Positions 14,260 to 24,761 of a DNA stretch of 64,000 bases are shown here, in pieces (position 1 is the stretch's first letter; every line of letters starts with the position of its first letter). A program made the translations under genes and the position numbers. The notes beneath the pieces are model-generated. The model saw nothing but the letters and a program-made list of their open reading frames with translations. It was not told the DNA's origin and made no database searches. The stretch is taken from the NCBI RefSeq assembly GCF_046119375.1, contig NW_027362761.1, positions 349,556,001 to 349,620,000 on the forward strand. Direction: 5' to 3'. Source of the stretch: Phyllobates terribilis (taxonomy: Eukaryota).

Positions 14260-14594
14260 ATCTAGAGGAAAGGTTTGTGGCCTAAACGTGACACTGTATT
14301 TCCAACAATGTTCCAAAATTTTGGAGCAAATTTCTGGCACAATGCAAGTCAACTGATAGTGTACATTTAGTCTAGATAGTCTAAAGATGCACTACATTTA
14401 TCAAATAGCATGACCAATTTGATAAATGTGCATTTTATAACTATATACGGTCTAAAAATTAGACCGTATTGATAAATATTCTCCTTTGTTTTTACTTTTC
14501 GCTCAGCATATGCATTGGAAAAGTGTATCCATATACCTTATTCACCCTATAGAGGCCAAAGGAATGTCCTTTCGACCTCTTTCAGGTTGAGTGC

Positions 14595-14720
14595 ACACCC
14601 AACCCAGCCGCAGAGTTTTCCCATAAGCAGTCGCTGCAGGAAATTGCTGGTGGTTGTATTCTTCGAGTGGCATCACTGGCGGTTTGGCGGTCCTACTTGC
14701 AGCAGCTCTACTGCTGGCAT
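14595..14720 (-). pseudogene. Decayed PSI-domain-like exon remnant (semaphorin-like)
   Basis: With two frameshifts the minus strand reads ..AASRTA..VMPLEEY.. SCSDCL .. LCGWVGC, resembling the semaphorin PSI pattern P-x3-C-x-x-Y-x-SC-x-DC-L-..-C-[AG]-W-..-C. Confidence 0.55.
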
Positions 14721-15698
14721 CTCTTACTCTATACTTTCCAATAGGTAGCCAATCGAAGTATGGACAAGTCATTTCTTTTAAGGCTACAAGGTTTCTGAAT
14801 CCAGAAGCAGTTAAAAGAAAGGACACAAGACAGAACATGTAGACAGCAATGTTGTTTGATATTGCTGTGCATTCTATGGGGCGCTTTTGCAGTGTTTTTT
14901 CAGGCGGATTCCGGGTGAAATTAGCCTGAAAAAGACATTGTGTGCACATAGTCTCACGCTGTTATATTTCAATTTATTTTTACTCTGGTATCCTGCAGTA
15001 CTGTGCAGTATACTTTTCTTTCTGTAACATAGCTGCCTAAGGGCGTTACATGGCTCTATATTCCCATACAGTGGCATATATTGGAGTCTTCCAGTGGAAA
15101 TAGTCATCTGGGAGTTATCCCATTATATAATTCTAATGGAAGGCTCAAAGGTAATGGGGTTATTTCCATTTAAGTCATCCATGACTGACATATAAACACT
15201 TGTCTATAGGTGCCAAGGGTGCCAGGGAATATGGAAACAACCAAACAGGGGGTATTTCCATCTCACTCATATATAAACACCATGAGCCCTAGTTTTATTT
15301 TAAATCTTTTCCTATATACGCTCCTGTAAAATATGAATGTGGCCTAAATAAATATCTTGGGATTTGATATTTCAAAAAGACATAAGGCAAAAGATTAGAA
15401 CAAAATGCCATATTCTGAATACAAAAACAACCCAAAGCAGAGGACTGCTTTTAACAGCGAAGAAGACAATATCAATGTTATATGCATTTTTAATGTTATT
15501 CTATCACTTATTAGTCTATGTCATGTACGGTAAGATCATTATCCAGACATCAGTCATGATACTACAGCATTGAAGTGATACAATGAGAAAAAATAGTTTT
15601 CACATTGTGTTTCCTGATCCAAAGCTGTCTGTATGTATGATAAATAACTATCTAAGCAGTATCAGCTAATGAATAGACTTCCCCTCGAATTAACATAC

Positions 15699-15845
15699 CT
15701 GCTCTGCGTATAGGGACTTTGCCGTAAGCAGTTTAGAGTGACAGTTGTGTGTTTTTCTCCATTCTCCATCAGTCTTTGAACTTTCCATTGTTCAGAGTCA
15801 TCCACTCTCATAGCAATCACTTTGGCGCCAAGAGCAGCTTTGACC
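15699..15845 (-). pseudogene. Exon-like segment (Sema-domain SAVC..PRPG exon homologue, decayed)
   Basis: Strong acceptor CTATATTCTCTCTTCTGCAG| and donor CAG|GTATGT, 147 nt. One frame is fully open (VKAALGAKVIAM..). A +1 frameshift gives NNGKFKD..YGKVPIRRAG, like GKF..Y-x-G-x-VP-x-PRPG. Confidence 0.55.
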
Positions 15846-16970
15846 CTGCAGAAGAGAGAATATAGGGAAAATGATTTAGCAGCGCATCTCCAATGACAGC
15901 TAGCAATGTATCAAAGACCTAACAATGCACAAAGACCTCAGCAGGATGACACCTTCTCTGGATCATTGTTAATGACTGATTCACAACTCAAGATGTGATT
16001 ACTAACCATGCAAAAGAAGACTGCTGAAAGAGTAGAACAGACGTATATCGCTGTCTGCATTAATATGCACAGCAAAAAGAAATGAATGAACAAAATGGCA
16101 ATAAGCAGTCTTATCATTTTAGAAATAGGATGCTACTTACTTGGATATCAAACCATCCTTGGAAAATGCTTTGATTTGTTAGATACTTTGGTGCTTTCAG
16201 CAACTGCTTATAAATGTTGCTGCCTCTTTATATAGAGGAAATCCATGAAAAAGTATATTTAGATATAGGTGTATCAAGTAAGTATGTAATATACTGTGTA
16301 TATCTAATTCACAGCATCAGAAAAGAGATAAAGGCTGGGGGGGGGACATTGCACTATATTTGGCTGGGGACAAAAGACAAAGTAGGGGTCTAACTTTCAT
16401 AGTATGTAGAGAGAAATTCACCGCACACTCTTGTTCCAAAAGATGCAGTTATTTTTAATTCAATTGAAGGTGAAAGGCAGAAGTGTACAAAACATCAAAG
16501 GAGCTGGGAGGAAAGCGACATAGATATAGATAACGTTTCAACCCCTCTTTGTCAAAAGGGTTGCTGTATGCAGAGGAGGAACGACACGCTCCCGCACCTA
16601 AGTCAGCTGTGTCTGAATTACTCTCTACATAGCTCAGGAGTTACACATCCCGCTCCACCAGCACTCCGAAACATTGACCAAGTGAATGCCAATTTTCTTT
16701 CCTGACGTACACAGGATACTTTTTGGCAAGTCTGAGCCAAGAGATCAATCAGTCACTCTTATACTGGGCCTATGAGTGACATTGAGGGTATCCTTTATTT
16801 ATTTCAAAAGGTTCAAATAAGACATCCAAGAGTCCAAGCATGAAACCTCAACAATCAGCGTTTCACCAAATGGCTTCATCTGGGGTTGGTGAAACGCGCA
16901 TGGGGAGTGGTGGATGCGTTAAAGGTTTTACATTTGGACGTTTGTTTTTAAGAGTTTAGTATTGATATAA

Positions 16971-17818
16971 GCCTTCAAAAGAAACCTGAAGACCTACCTC
17001 TTCCGACAAGCCTACAACCTGCAGTAACCACCGCTCCACCACATTACTGCATGACCTCCTCTACCCCCACCTACTGTATCCTCACCCATCCCTTGTAGAT
17101 TGTGAGCCCTGGCGGGCAGGGCCCTCGCTCCTCCTGTACCAGTCGCTGACTCGTTTTGTTAAGATTATGTAAATTGTAAAAAACTGCAGCAGCGCTGCTG
17201 CTATAGTACGATCAGATAGGCAAAGAGCCGCAATCTCAAAGCACCGTATGCCCGGGTGCAAATAATAATGAAATGATAAAAAGAAAAGAGATGCGCTGCA
17301 AACCACTCATAAAATACCAAGAGAGTGATTCCTACCTGTGTAAGAGAAAATGGTAGTCCAAATGAAGATATACGCAAGCCAGCACACCTACCAGGCTGTC
17401 TGCAGTCCTTCTCACCCATGATCTTCATCCCTGTATCCACCTAGTGCAATGGCTGCATGTACCTGAAAGCTTGAATCTCTGAGAGTCTCTGCAGTCCTCT
17501 ATCCCCTCTAATACGCTGTTTGAACCCATTTTCTGCAACACTCACGGCTTGTTCTACTGACTCCGGCACGTGTCTATCACCTCTAGTTGCAGTTGTGATT
17601 TCTTCAAAGGACCCCTGGAAGCTGCAAGCGTATATCTTCATTTGGACTACCATTTTCTCTTAGACAGGTAGGAATCACTCTCTTGGTATTTTATGAGTGG
17701 TTTGCAGCGCATCTCTTTTCTTTTTATCAAGATTATGTAAATGTTTTTGCTATGTATATCCCTATCACATGTCAAGCCCCATGGAATAAATGGCGCTATA
17801 ATAATAAATAATAATAAT
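16971..17818 (+). mobile_element. 3' end of an L2/CR1-type LINE, interrupted by a Penelope-like insert
   Basis: Encodes AFKRNLKTYLFRQAYNLQ*, followed by a 3' UTR ending AATAAATGGCGCT and a (TAA)n tail. Confidence 0.75.
17175..17728 (-). mobile_element. Truncated Penelope-like retroelement with inverted repeats
   Basis: ~105-bp inverted repeats (~17275-17380, ~17624-17728). Minus strand RGDRGLQRLSEIQAFRYMQPLH resembles the end of a GIY-YIG domain. Flanked by a 14-bp direct repeat AAGATTATGTAAAT. Confidence 0.55.
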
Positions 17819-18855
17819 TTTTAATTTGCTATTGTCTAAATACAAATCATTTAATATTTTCCTATTAATTCTGGTCTTGCATGTGACGCGCCCCTGGGCC
17901 TGTGTCGCGCTGCGCTGCGCATGCGGGAGCTTACCCGGAGCCGGATCTGGGGAGGGTTGTAGTCTCGTGGCGGTGACCCGGTCCGTGCCCAGGGAGTCAA
18001 ACTAGACGGCAGTCCATTAGTAGTAAATGGTTGATGACTACGCCACCCGTTGAGTGCAGCCAGGGGGCTGCTGCTGCAGGGCAGACCGCTGAGGCCGATG
18101 GTGGGATTGTGCAGCGTGATAGTATAACCCCCAACGGGAGGGGTATGGCCTCAGGGCAGCCGACGTGGATGATGGGGGTAGCAGGAACCACTCAGAGACG
18201 GTACGGTGTAGTTCAGGGTCTTTACTGGTAACAACAAAAGACCCTCCCGGAGTACTTGCTAGCGGATGGGGCCTGGTCAGTCCTTGAGCAGATGGGATCT
18301 CCCCTGGCCAGGCGTAGTTGTAGGCCTCCCAAACTGACTGTACTCTTCTGGCTACCTTGCTAGGAGCTGATGTAAGTAGCCCACGTCCCTGAGTGTACCG
18401 TGTGGTGCTCACCCGTATGGCCGGTGACTCGGGGCCTTCTAATGGCTTCCGCTCCACGATGGCGGTGCTGGTCCCACGCGTGTGACCGTGCCTTCGGGCT
18501 TCTGGGCCAGAGGACCTGAAATCCCCTGCCTGACGGATTCTGCTGCTGGGCAGGAATTAGTCCCCACAGCCTCGGACTCCGGGTCCGGTAAAAAGTCTTC
18601 TTAGTCAGGGCGAACTCTGCAGCTGCCAGCCCCTGACTCCTTGTAACTGCTGTTTCTTCCTATGCTGTCTCTACTTCTTCTCTTCTTCTACTCACTCACC
18701 CTGCCTCAGCCCCAGGTTTATACAGGGGAAGTTCTTCCCCTCCCAAGACTGGGCAGGAGGTGTGGCATGCACAGGATCCCTGACTAAAGGACCTCCCACC
18801 TGCTCTCAGACATAACATTACGTTACTGTGGCAACCAGACCCCTGGGGTGTCACA

Positions 18856-18870
18856 TTCCCCCCTAGTAAA
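18856..18870 (-). other. Polypurine tract
   Basis: Minus strand TTTTACTAGGGGGAA abuts TGT of the 3' LTR. Confidence 0.8.
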
Positions 18871-19208
18871 ATTTAGTACTCCGGGACTAAACACATTTAG
18901 AAAACATAACAAGGCAAAACATTAATAATACAATAAGAAAACACATAAAGATGGTTACGGCGTGTCCGCAACCGGGTGCAGTCTCTGAAGAAAGCAAGGT
19001 GTCCATTTCACCAACACAGGGAGACGTAACCAGGTAGGGGTCTGTTCTACCCCGAGTCCTTGACAGTCTTTAGTCCATCCTGGGTTACGCTCCAACTATA
19101 TACAAGGATTCCCGGTAAATCCACCAAGGATTCCTAAAAACAACTAGAAATACAAAATTACACACAAGCAACTATAGACAGGTAAACATTATAAAATAGC
19201 TTAAACAT

Positions 19209-22200
19209 TTAGATCCTCCAACGTGCGGGTAACTGGCCTCTAGTGGCCCTAGTGGACCTACGGAGCTGACTGTCTGGCCCTGAACTACAGGGTGTAGGAG
19301 CTGTCAAGGGTAAACTGGGCAGCTGTCTACCGGCTCTTTGTCTCACTAGGGGTACGGCAGGCTCACTATAAGCAGAGGGTTGATTCTCCTGTTCTACTTG
19401 TGTGGAGTCTTCTGCCTCCTGGACCGGCTGTTCTTCCAGCTCTACCCGTTGCTCCGTAGGTTCTTGGGATGATGGTTGGAGGAAGGTGAGTACGGGTACC
19501 ACAACTGCACCATTGACTTGAGTCCAAGACCGAGGGAAGTCCCCGAGCACGGTACTAACCATATCTTCCCTTTCTCCCACGGGTCGATGGTCTTCTTGTT
19601 CCTCTTCAGGGTTCCTCAGTTGTTCGGGACACTTCTTCAGGTGGTCCCGGGATACAATGGCTGTGGTTTCCCCTCCGTCTTTACTGATGGTACAGACCTT
19701 CGGGTTCTCGTGGCTTGAGGGCAGTACGGTGTACGGGTCCTTCTCCCACTGGTCATCCAACTTGTGGAGCCGTCTTTTCCTCTTCAAGACCTGCTCTCCG
19801 GGTACCAGGGGAACAGCGGGAGCATACTGGTTGTAAGTCTTCTCTTGTCTTTCCCTAGCCTGACAGAGACTTCGCTCCACGCTCTCCTGTACTCTCCGGT
19901 ACTGCTGCTGCCTCTCTGTGTCCCAGTCTGTTTCTGGTGAAGTGTCCTCAGGTGTCAGGACTCCCATTTCCAGGTCAACAGGTAACTTACCAGGTCTCGC
20001 CCTCATTAGGTAAGCCGGGGTACAGTTGGTGGAACCTACCGGGATGTGGTTGTATAGGTCCACCAGATCGGGCAACTTCTCAGGCCACAGACTGCGTTCT
20101 TCCAGGGGCAATGTTTTTAGAAGATCCATTACCACCTGGTTCATTTTTTCACAAAGTCCATTAGTTTGCGGATGGTAGGGTGTCGTCCTTATCTTCCGGC
20201 AGCCATACAGATTGCAGAATTCCTGGAAGACCTCCGCTTCAAAGGCAGGTCCCTGGTCCGTCAGCACTTGGTCCGGGTACCCGTGTGGACGGCAGAAGTG
20301 CTGCTGGAAGGCCCTAGCTGCTGTTTGAGCCGTTAAGTCCTTGACGGGGACGACAACCAAGAACCGGGAGTAATGATCCACGATGGTTAACGCGTAGACG
20401 TAGCCACTTCTGCTTGGGGTCAGTTTTACATGATCCAAGGCTACCAGTTCCAACGGTTGCCGGGTGACGATGGACTGCAGGGGAGTCTTCTGGCTGGCCC
20501 GGTCCTTCCTTCTCAGATTGCACGGGCCACAGTCTCTGCACCACTTCTCGATGGTTCCCCTCATGCCTACCCAGTGGAACCGCTCGCGCAGCAGGAACTC
20601 CAGCTTTTTCCACCCGAAGTGTCCAGCTCCGTCGTGGTATGCCTCCATCACCATGGCTGCGTCTCTTCGGGGCACCACTACTTGCCAGAGTAGTTCATGC
20701 GTCCGGGAGTTGACCATTCTGCGGCACAACTTCCCCTTGTAAAGGAATAGTCGACTCTTCTCCGCCCATAGTTGTTTGGCTTCCTCCGGAGCGTCTGGTT
20801 CAAGGCGAGCCTCCGGCCGAGTCAGCATCTCCTTCACCAGTCGGACGGCAGGGTCGCTGTCTTGCGTTTCCGCCCAGTTGTAGTGGGGTAAGGGGTTCAA
20901 CGTAGCAGCCTGCTTACCCCTTACCCGGTGGGAATACTGGATAGTCCCATGACGGTGGAACGCAGGGAGTTCAACTTCTTCCAGTCCCTCCGGATCTTCT
21001 CCTTCGTCCGGCAGGTTGGGCATCCTGGACAGGGCGTCCGCGTTAGTATTGGAGCGTCCTGCCCGGTATTTGATTGTGAACTCGTAGTTGGACAGACGGG
21101 CCATCCACCTCTGCTCCAGGGCACCGAGTCTTGCCGTGTCCAGGTGTGTCAACGGGTTGTTATCCGTGTATACGGTGAACCGGGAAGAAGCGAGGTAATG
21201 CCTAAAGCGCTCGGTGACTGCCCATACCACGGCCAGGAACTCTAACTTAAATGAGCTGTAATTTTCGGGGTTCCTTTCGGTGGGTCGCAGTTTTCGGCTG
21301 GCATAGGAGATTACTCGTTCTCTCCCCTGCTGAATCTGGGACAATACGGCTCCTAGCCCGATGTTACTGGCGTCGGTGTAGAGGATGAAGGGCTGGCTAT
21401 AGTCCGGGTACGCCAAGATTTCATCCCCCGTGAGGGCCATCTTCAGCTGGCGGAAGGACTCTTCTTCTAGCTTTTCCCATTTGAAGGGCGGCTTCTGGTT
21501 CTTGGCCTTCCGGGACTGGCCTATCAGGAGGTCCTGCATAGGTGCTGCCTTTTTGGTGAAACCGGGAATAAACCTTCGGTAGTAGCCTACCAACCCTAGG
21601 AACTGCCGCACTTCTTTTACGCTGGAGGGGCTTGGCCATCCCTTAATTGCGGTGATCTTATCGGGGTCGGGAGCCACTCCGTCAGCGCTCACCACGTGTC
21701 CCAGGTATTGCACCTTTGGTTTCAGGAGGTGACACTTGGAGGGTTTCACCTTTAGGCCGTAACTCGCCAGAGCTTCGAACACCTCCGCCAGGTGTTTCAG
21801 GTGGTCCTCATAAGTTTTGGAGTATACGATGACATCGTCCAGGTACAACAGGACCGTCTCGAAGTTTCTGTGGCCCAGACAGCACTCCATTAATCGTTGG
21901 AAGGTTCCTGGGGCGTTGCAGAGTCCGAACGGCATGCAGGTGAACTCGCTAAGTCCCATCGGGGTGGTGAATGCGGTCTTCTCCCGGTCCGCCTCTGCTA
22001 CAGGAACCTGCCAGTACCCGCTAGTGAGATCCAAGGTAGAGAAGAAGTTAGCAGATCTTAAAGCAGCCAATGACTCCTCTATCCTTGGTAAGGGGTACGC
22101 ATCCTTGTGTGTGATACGGTTGATTTTCCGGTAATCTACACACATCCTCATGGTGTTGTCTTTCTTTTTGACTAAAACTAGTGGGGCTGCCCAGGGGCTA

Positions 22201-23345
22201 CAGCTATCCCGGATTACCCCAGCCTCCTTCATGTCTCTAAGCATCCCCTTGGCGTGTTGGTAATGTGCAGGGGGTACGGGTCGATACCTCTCTTTTATGG
22301 GAGGATGATCTCCCGTGGGGATGCGGTGTTCTACCCCCTTGACTCGCCCGAAGTCTAACGGGTGTTTACTAAACACTCTCTCATACTCTTGAACCACCCG
22401 ATAGACTCCTTGCTTCTGATGTGAGGGAGTGGAGTCAGTACCCAGATGTAGTTGCTGACACCAGTCCTCCATGTCTTTCTTAGAGCCGTTACCTTCCTCC
22501 GGGTGAGATGGAGGCAAGGGTTCCACAGATTGTATAGAATTTTGATTAGTGGTATATAATTTGGCTAGCGTGGCATACCGGGGCAGGTACACTTCCCTCT
22601 CCCCGATATTTATTATGCGAACGGGCACCCTCCCATGGCGTACATTGACCACCCCCCGTGCTGTCAAAATGGTGGGCCTACTGTCTGAGTAAACTGGTTC
22701 TACCATTGCCTGGTAATCTCTACCTCTCAGACCAATAGGTGCCCGGCACCAAATCATCATTTCACTTTTTGGGGGCATGGCAATAGGAAAAGGGTCACAC
22801 ATTCTTACGCTACCAATCTCACCGCCGGAGAGTTCCACTTGTTGCCGTTGCATCAGTGCCCGGATCTCTTTCTGGAGCACCCGCTGCTCGCCGGAGCTGG
22901 CGTTCTTGGCAACCTGCTGTAAAAGGAAAATCACCTCTGCAAGACAATTTTCAATTACGTTAGTTCCTAGAGTTATTTTTGGGTGACTCTCATGTTTATC
23001 AATATCTACAATGATCAGTCCCTGTGCGGCCAGTTCGACTCTACCGATTTTGAGGGTCACCTCTTTAAATCCGATCTGTGGCACGGGCTGGCCATTGCTG
23101 GCGATGATACTCAAGTCGTCGTCAGGGTAGCGGGTAATATCCGAGTCATTCCAGTACTGCTTGAAGAGCACGTACGGGATGGTGGTGACCTGTGACCCGG
23201 TATCCAGTAGGGCACTCATGGGAATGCCATCCAGTACCACAGGCAAGACTGGACGTCCTCCCACATATCTGTCGCGCCAGTTCGATGGGCCTGGTGATCT
23301 TTTTCCTGGGGGTTGGCCCTCTACCCCAGGTTGTGCCCGTTTAAA
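19209..23345 (-). CDS. pol: Pol (PR, dUTPase-like linker, RT, RNase H, IN), entered by -1 frameshift
   Basis: LLDTGSQ protease, YLDD RT, DAS/TDNNPL RNase H, HHCC zinc finger, D..D-35-E integrase, C-terminal LRRSTR tail. No stop from the slippery site to 19209. Confidence 0.95.
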   Translation of the reverse strand, partial: FKRAQPGVEGQPPGKRSPGPSNWRDRYVGGRPVLPVVLDGIPMSALLDTGSQVTTIPYVLFKQYWNDSDITRYPDDDLSIIASNGQPVPQIGFKEVTLKIGRVELAAQGLIIVDIDKHESHPKITLGTNVIENCLAEVIFLLQQVAKNASSGEQRVLQKEIRALMQRQQVELSGGEIGSVRMCDPFPIAMPPKSEMMIWCRAPIGLRGRDYQAMVEPVYSDSRPTILTARGVVNVRHGRVPVRIINIGEREVYLPRYATLAKLYTTNQNSIQSVEPLPPSHPEEGNGSKKDMEDWCQQLHLGTDSTPSHQKQGVYRVVQEYERVFSKHPLDFGRVKGVEHRIPTGDHPPIKERYRPVPPAHYQHAKGMLRDMKEAGVIRDSCSPWAAPLVLVKKKDNTMRMCVDYRKINRITHKDAYPLPRIEESLAALRSANFFSTLDLTSGYWQVPVAEADREKTAFTTPMGLSEFTCMPFGLCNAPGTFQRLMECCLGHRNFETVLLYLDDVIVYSKTYEDHLKHLAEVFEALASYGLKVKPSKCHLLKPKVQYLGHVVSADGVAPDPDKITAIKGWPSPSSVKEVRQFLGLVGYYRRFIPGFTKKAAPMQDLLIGQSRKAKNQKPPFKWEKLEEESFRQLKMALTGDEILAYPDYSQPFILYTDASNIGLGAVLSQIQQGRERVISYASRKLRPTERNPENYSSFKLEFLAVVWAVTERFRHYLASSRFTVYTDNNPLTHLDTARLGALEQRWMARLSNYEFTIKYRAGRSNTNADALSRMPNLPDEGEDPEGLEEVELPAFHRHGTIQYSHRVRGKQAATLNPLPHYNWAETQDSDPAVRLVKEMLTRPEARLEPDAPEEAKQLWAEKSRLFLYKGKLCRRMVNSRTHELLWQVVVPRRDAAMVMEAYHDGAGHFGWKKLEFLLRERFHWVGMRGTIEKWCRDCGPCNLRRKDRASQKTPLQSIVTRQPLELVALDHVKLTPSRSGYVYALTIVDHYSRFLVVVPVKDLTAQTAARAFQQHFCRPHGYPDQVLTDQGPAFEAEVFQEFCNLYGCRKIRTTPYHPQTNGLCEKMNQVVMDLLKTLPLEERSLWPEKLPDLVDLYNHIPVGSTNCTPAYLMRARPGKLPVDLEMGVLTPEDTSPETDWDTERQQQYRRVQESVERSLCQARERQEKTYNQYAPAVPLVPGEQVLKRKRRLHKLDDQWEKDPYTVLPSSHENPKVCTISKDGGETTAIVSRDHLKKCPEQLRNPEEEQEDHRPVGEREDMVSTVLGDFPRSWTQVNGAVVVPVLTFLQPSSQEPTEQRVELEEQPVQEAEDSTQVEQENQPSAYSEPAVPLVRQRAGRQLPSLPLTAPTPCSSGPDSQLRRSTRATRGQLPARWRI
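23286..23345 (-). other. -1 ribosomal frameshift signal (T TTA AAC plus predicted pseudoknot)
   Basis: In-frame TTTAAAC at 23339-23345, 8-nt spacer, stem CCTGGGG/CCCCAGG, second stem GGGCC/GGCCC. Confidence 0.75.
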
Positions 23346-24301
23346 GAACAGTACCTTTCCATATGTCCGGGTTGATTGCAGCGGCGGCAGATGGGTCGTC
23401 CGTCCTCGCTGTATCGGTCACTGGGTCTTCCTCTGGCCGGTGGGGTCCTCCTTGGTCGACGCCACGGGATGTCCTCCGGTCCGGATGCCAGCTGGATCTT
23501 CCCTGGGGTGGAAACCTGTAAAGACTGCACAGTTCGGGTTAGCGCAGCAACGCTCTTAACTAGCTCTTGGACCTGATGGTGTAGGTCTGGAGCCGGGTCA
23601 TTGTCCAAAGCCTGCGCATGAGCTCCCACAGGCCCTGTCGACAAGGGCGCCGCCTCCTGGTGGTAAGTGATAGCTGGGCGCCTGTGGGTCACAACGCCAC
23701 CCGGTGCTGGTTCTCGGAGCACCCGGATAGCTCTATCCTTGAACTGTGCAAAGTCCAGATGGGGATCCTGTAAGGCCATTGCCCGCAACTGGGTTCGGTG
23801 GGCATTGCAATATAAACCCTCTATAAATTGTTCAGTCAACAGCCTGTCCTCGTTTCCCACCCCATCAGGGTCGGTCTGCTTTATGGCCCTCAGGGCCTCT
23901 TGTAGGTTTAGTGCATAGTCCCTTATACTCTCATGCGCTCGCTGCTTGCACCCGTAGAATCTAAGCTTGATCTCGGCTGAGGTGCGGGTATCGAAGGTGT
24001 CCCTTAGCCGGGTTAGTATCTCTGCGACAGTCCTCCTCCCAGGTGGCCAAGATTTTACTTCTCTTTTGGCTGCCCCGGTTAGTTGGGCCACCAGGATGCT
24101 CACTTTTTGCTCTTCTGTGAGGGGGTACACCTGGAAGAGGCTATCCAGCTTTTCTCTAAAGTCATGCAGGGTATGTGACTCCCCTGAGTACTGGGGTAGC
24201 CAAGCTGCTCCCGGGATATAGGGCATGGTGAAGGGCATAACTGCAGCAGCGGTAGCGCTGGCGGGGGTTGAGGCAGTGAAGCTCTCCTCCGTATCCGACA
24301 T
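23321..24301 (-). CDS. gag: Gag (326 aa, PNMA-like capsid, CCHC zinc knuckle)
   Basis: Open ORF with CRRCNQPGHMERYC knuckle, located between PBS and pol. Confidence 0.9.
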   Translation of the reverse strand: MSDTEESFTASTPASATAAAVMPFTMPYIPGAAWLPQYSGESHTLHDFREKLDSLFQVYPLTEEQKVSILVAQLTGAAKREVKSWPPGRRTVAEILTRLRDTFDTRTSAEIKLRFYGCKQRAHESIRDYALNLQEALRAIKQTDPDGVGNEDRLLTEQFIEGLYCNAHRTQLRAMALQDPHLDFAQFKDRAIRVLREPAPGGVVTHRRPAITYHQEAAPLSTGPVGAHAQALDNDPAPDLHHQVQELVKSVAALTRTVQSLQVSTPGKIQLASGPEDIPWRRPRRTPPARGRPSDRYSEDGRPICRRCNQPGHMERYCSLNGHNLG

Positions 24302-24743
24302 CTTCCTCCCCCCTAGTGGACCGTGGCCTACCTTGCGATGATCCTCTTCCGTAGGCCGCGGCTCCGCAGTGGATCGTCAGGGTTGAGGACCTTCCGTCGC
24401 GCTCCTGTGACGTCGGCGTCTGCTGGGCTCCTTCCAGGACCTTACGCAACGTCCGGACGTGAGGCGGGGCTTCAGTTCTCGCGCGCTTTCGGAGTCCACG
24501 CCCCTCTTCTTCCCGCGCGGCGTCCTCAAGATGGCGTCCAATGGCGGGAAAACTCCACGGATGGCGGGAAGAAGGTCGAAGATGGCGCCGGATGGCGGGA
24601 AAACTTCGCGGATGGCAGGAAGAAGGTAGAAGATGGCGCCGGATGGCGGGAAACCTCCACGGATAGCGGGAATCTTCACCACTGGTAAGTTTGAACAGTC
24701 TTTGCTTTTCAGGCACGCAGTACCCGGTGGTTGCGGGCACGAA

Positions 24744-24761
24744 ATCCTGCCGACTACGCCA
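24744..24761 (-). other. Primer-binding site, tRNA-Ser
   Basis: TGGCGTAGTCGGCAGGAT is complementary to the vertebrate tRNA-Ser 3' end ATCCTGCCGACTACGCCA. Four nt inside the 5' LTR end. Confidence 0.9.

Noticed and set aside
14654-14842. 62-aa plus-strand ORF with a transmembrane-like stretch
   Set aside because: It starts at TTG and is antisense to the better-supported PSI-like remnant.
18038-18457. 139-aa ORF in the LTR (also 24920-25339), considered as an accessory gene
   Set aside because: No recognisable motif. The related solo LTR and sister LTRs show no equivalent ORF in the track, and chance ORFs are common in GC-rich sequence.
18856-19208. Possible env or extra ORF downstream of pol
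   Set aside because: Only ~350 bp separate the pol stop from the 3' LTR, with no ORF. No chromodomain in the integrase tail.
19476-23195. Many short antisense or alternate-frame ORFs inside pol (also 42928-46578)
   Set aside because: They are shadow ORFs of GC-rich coding sequence and are not conserved between the two elements.
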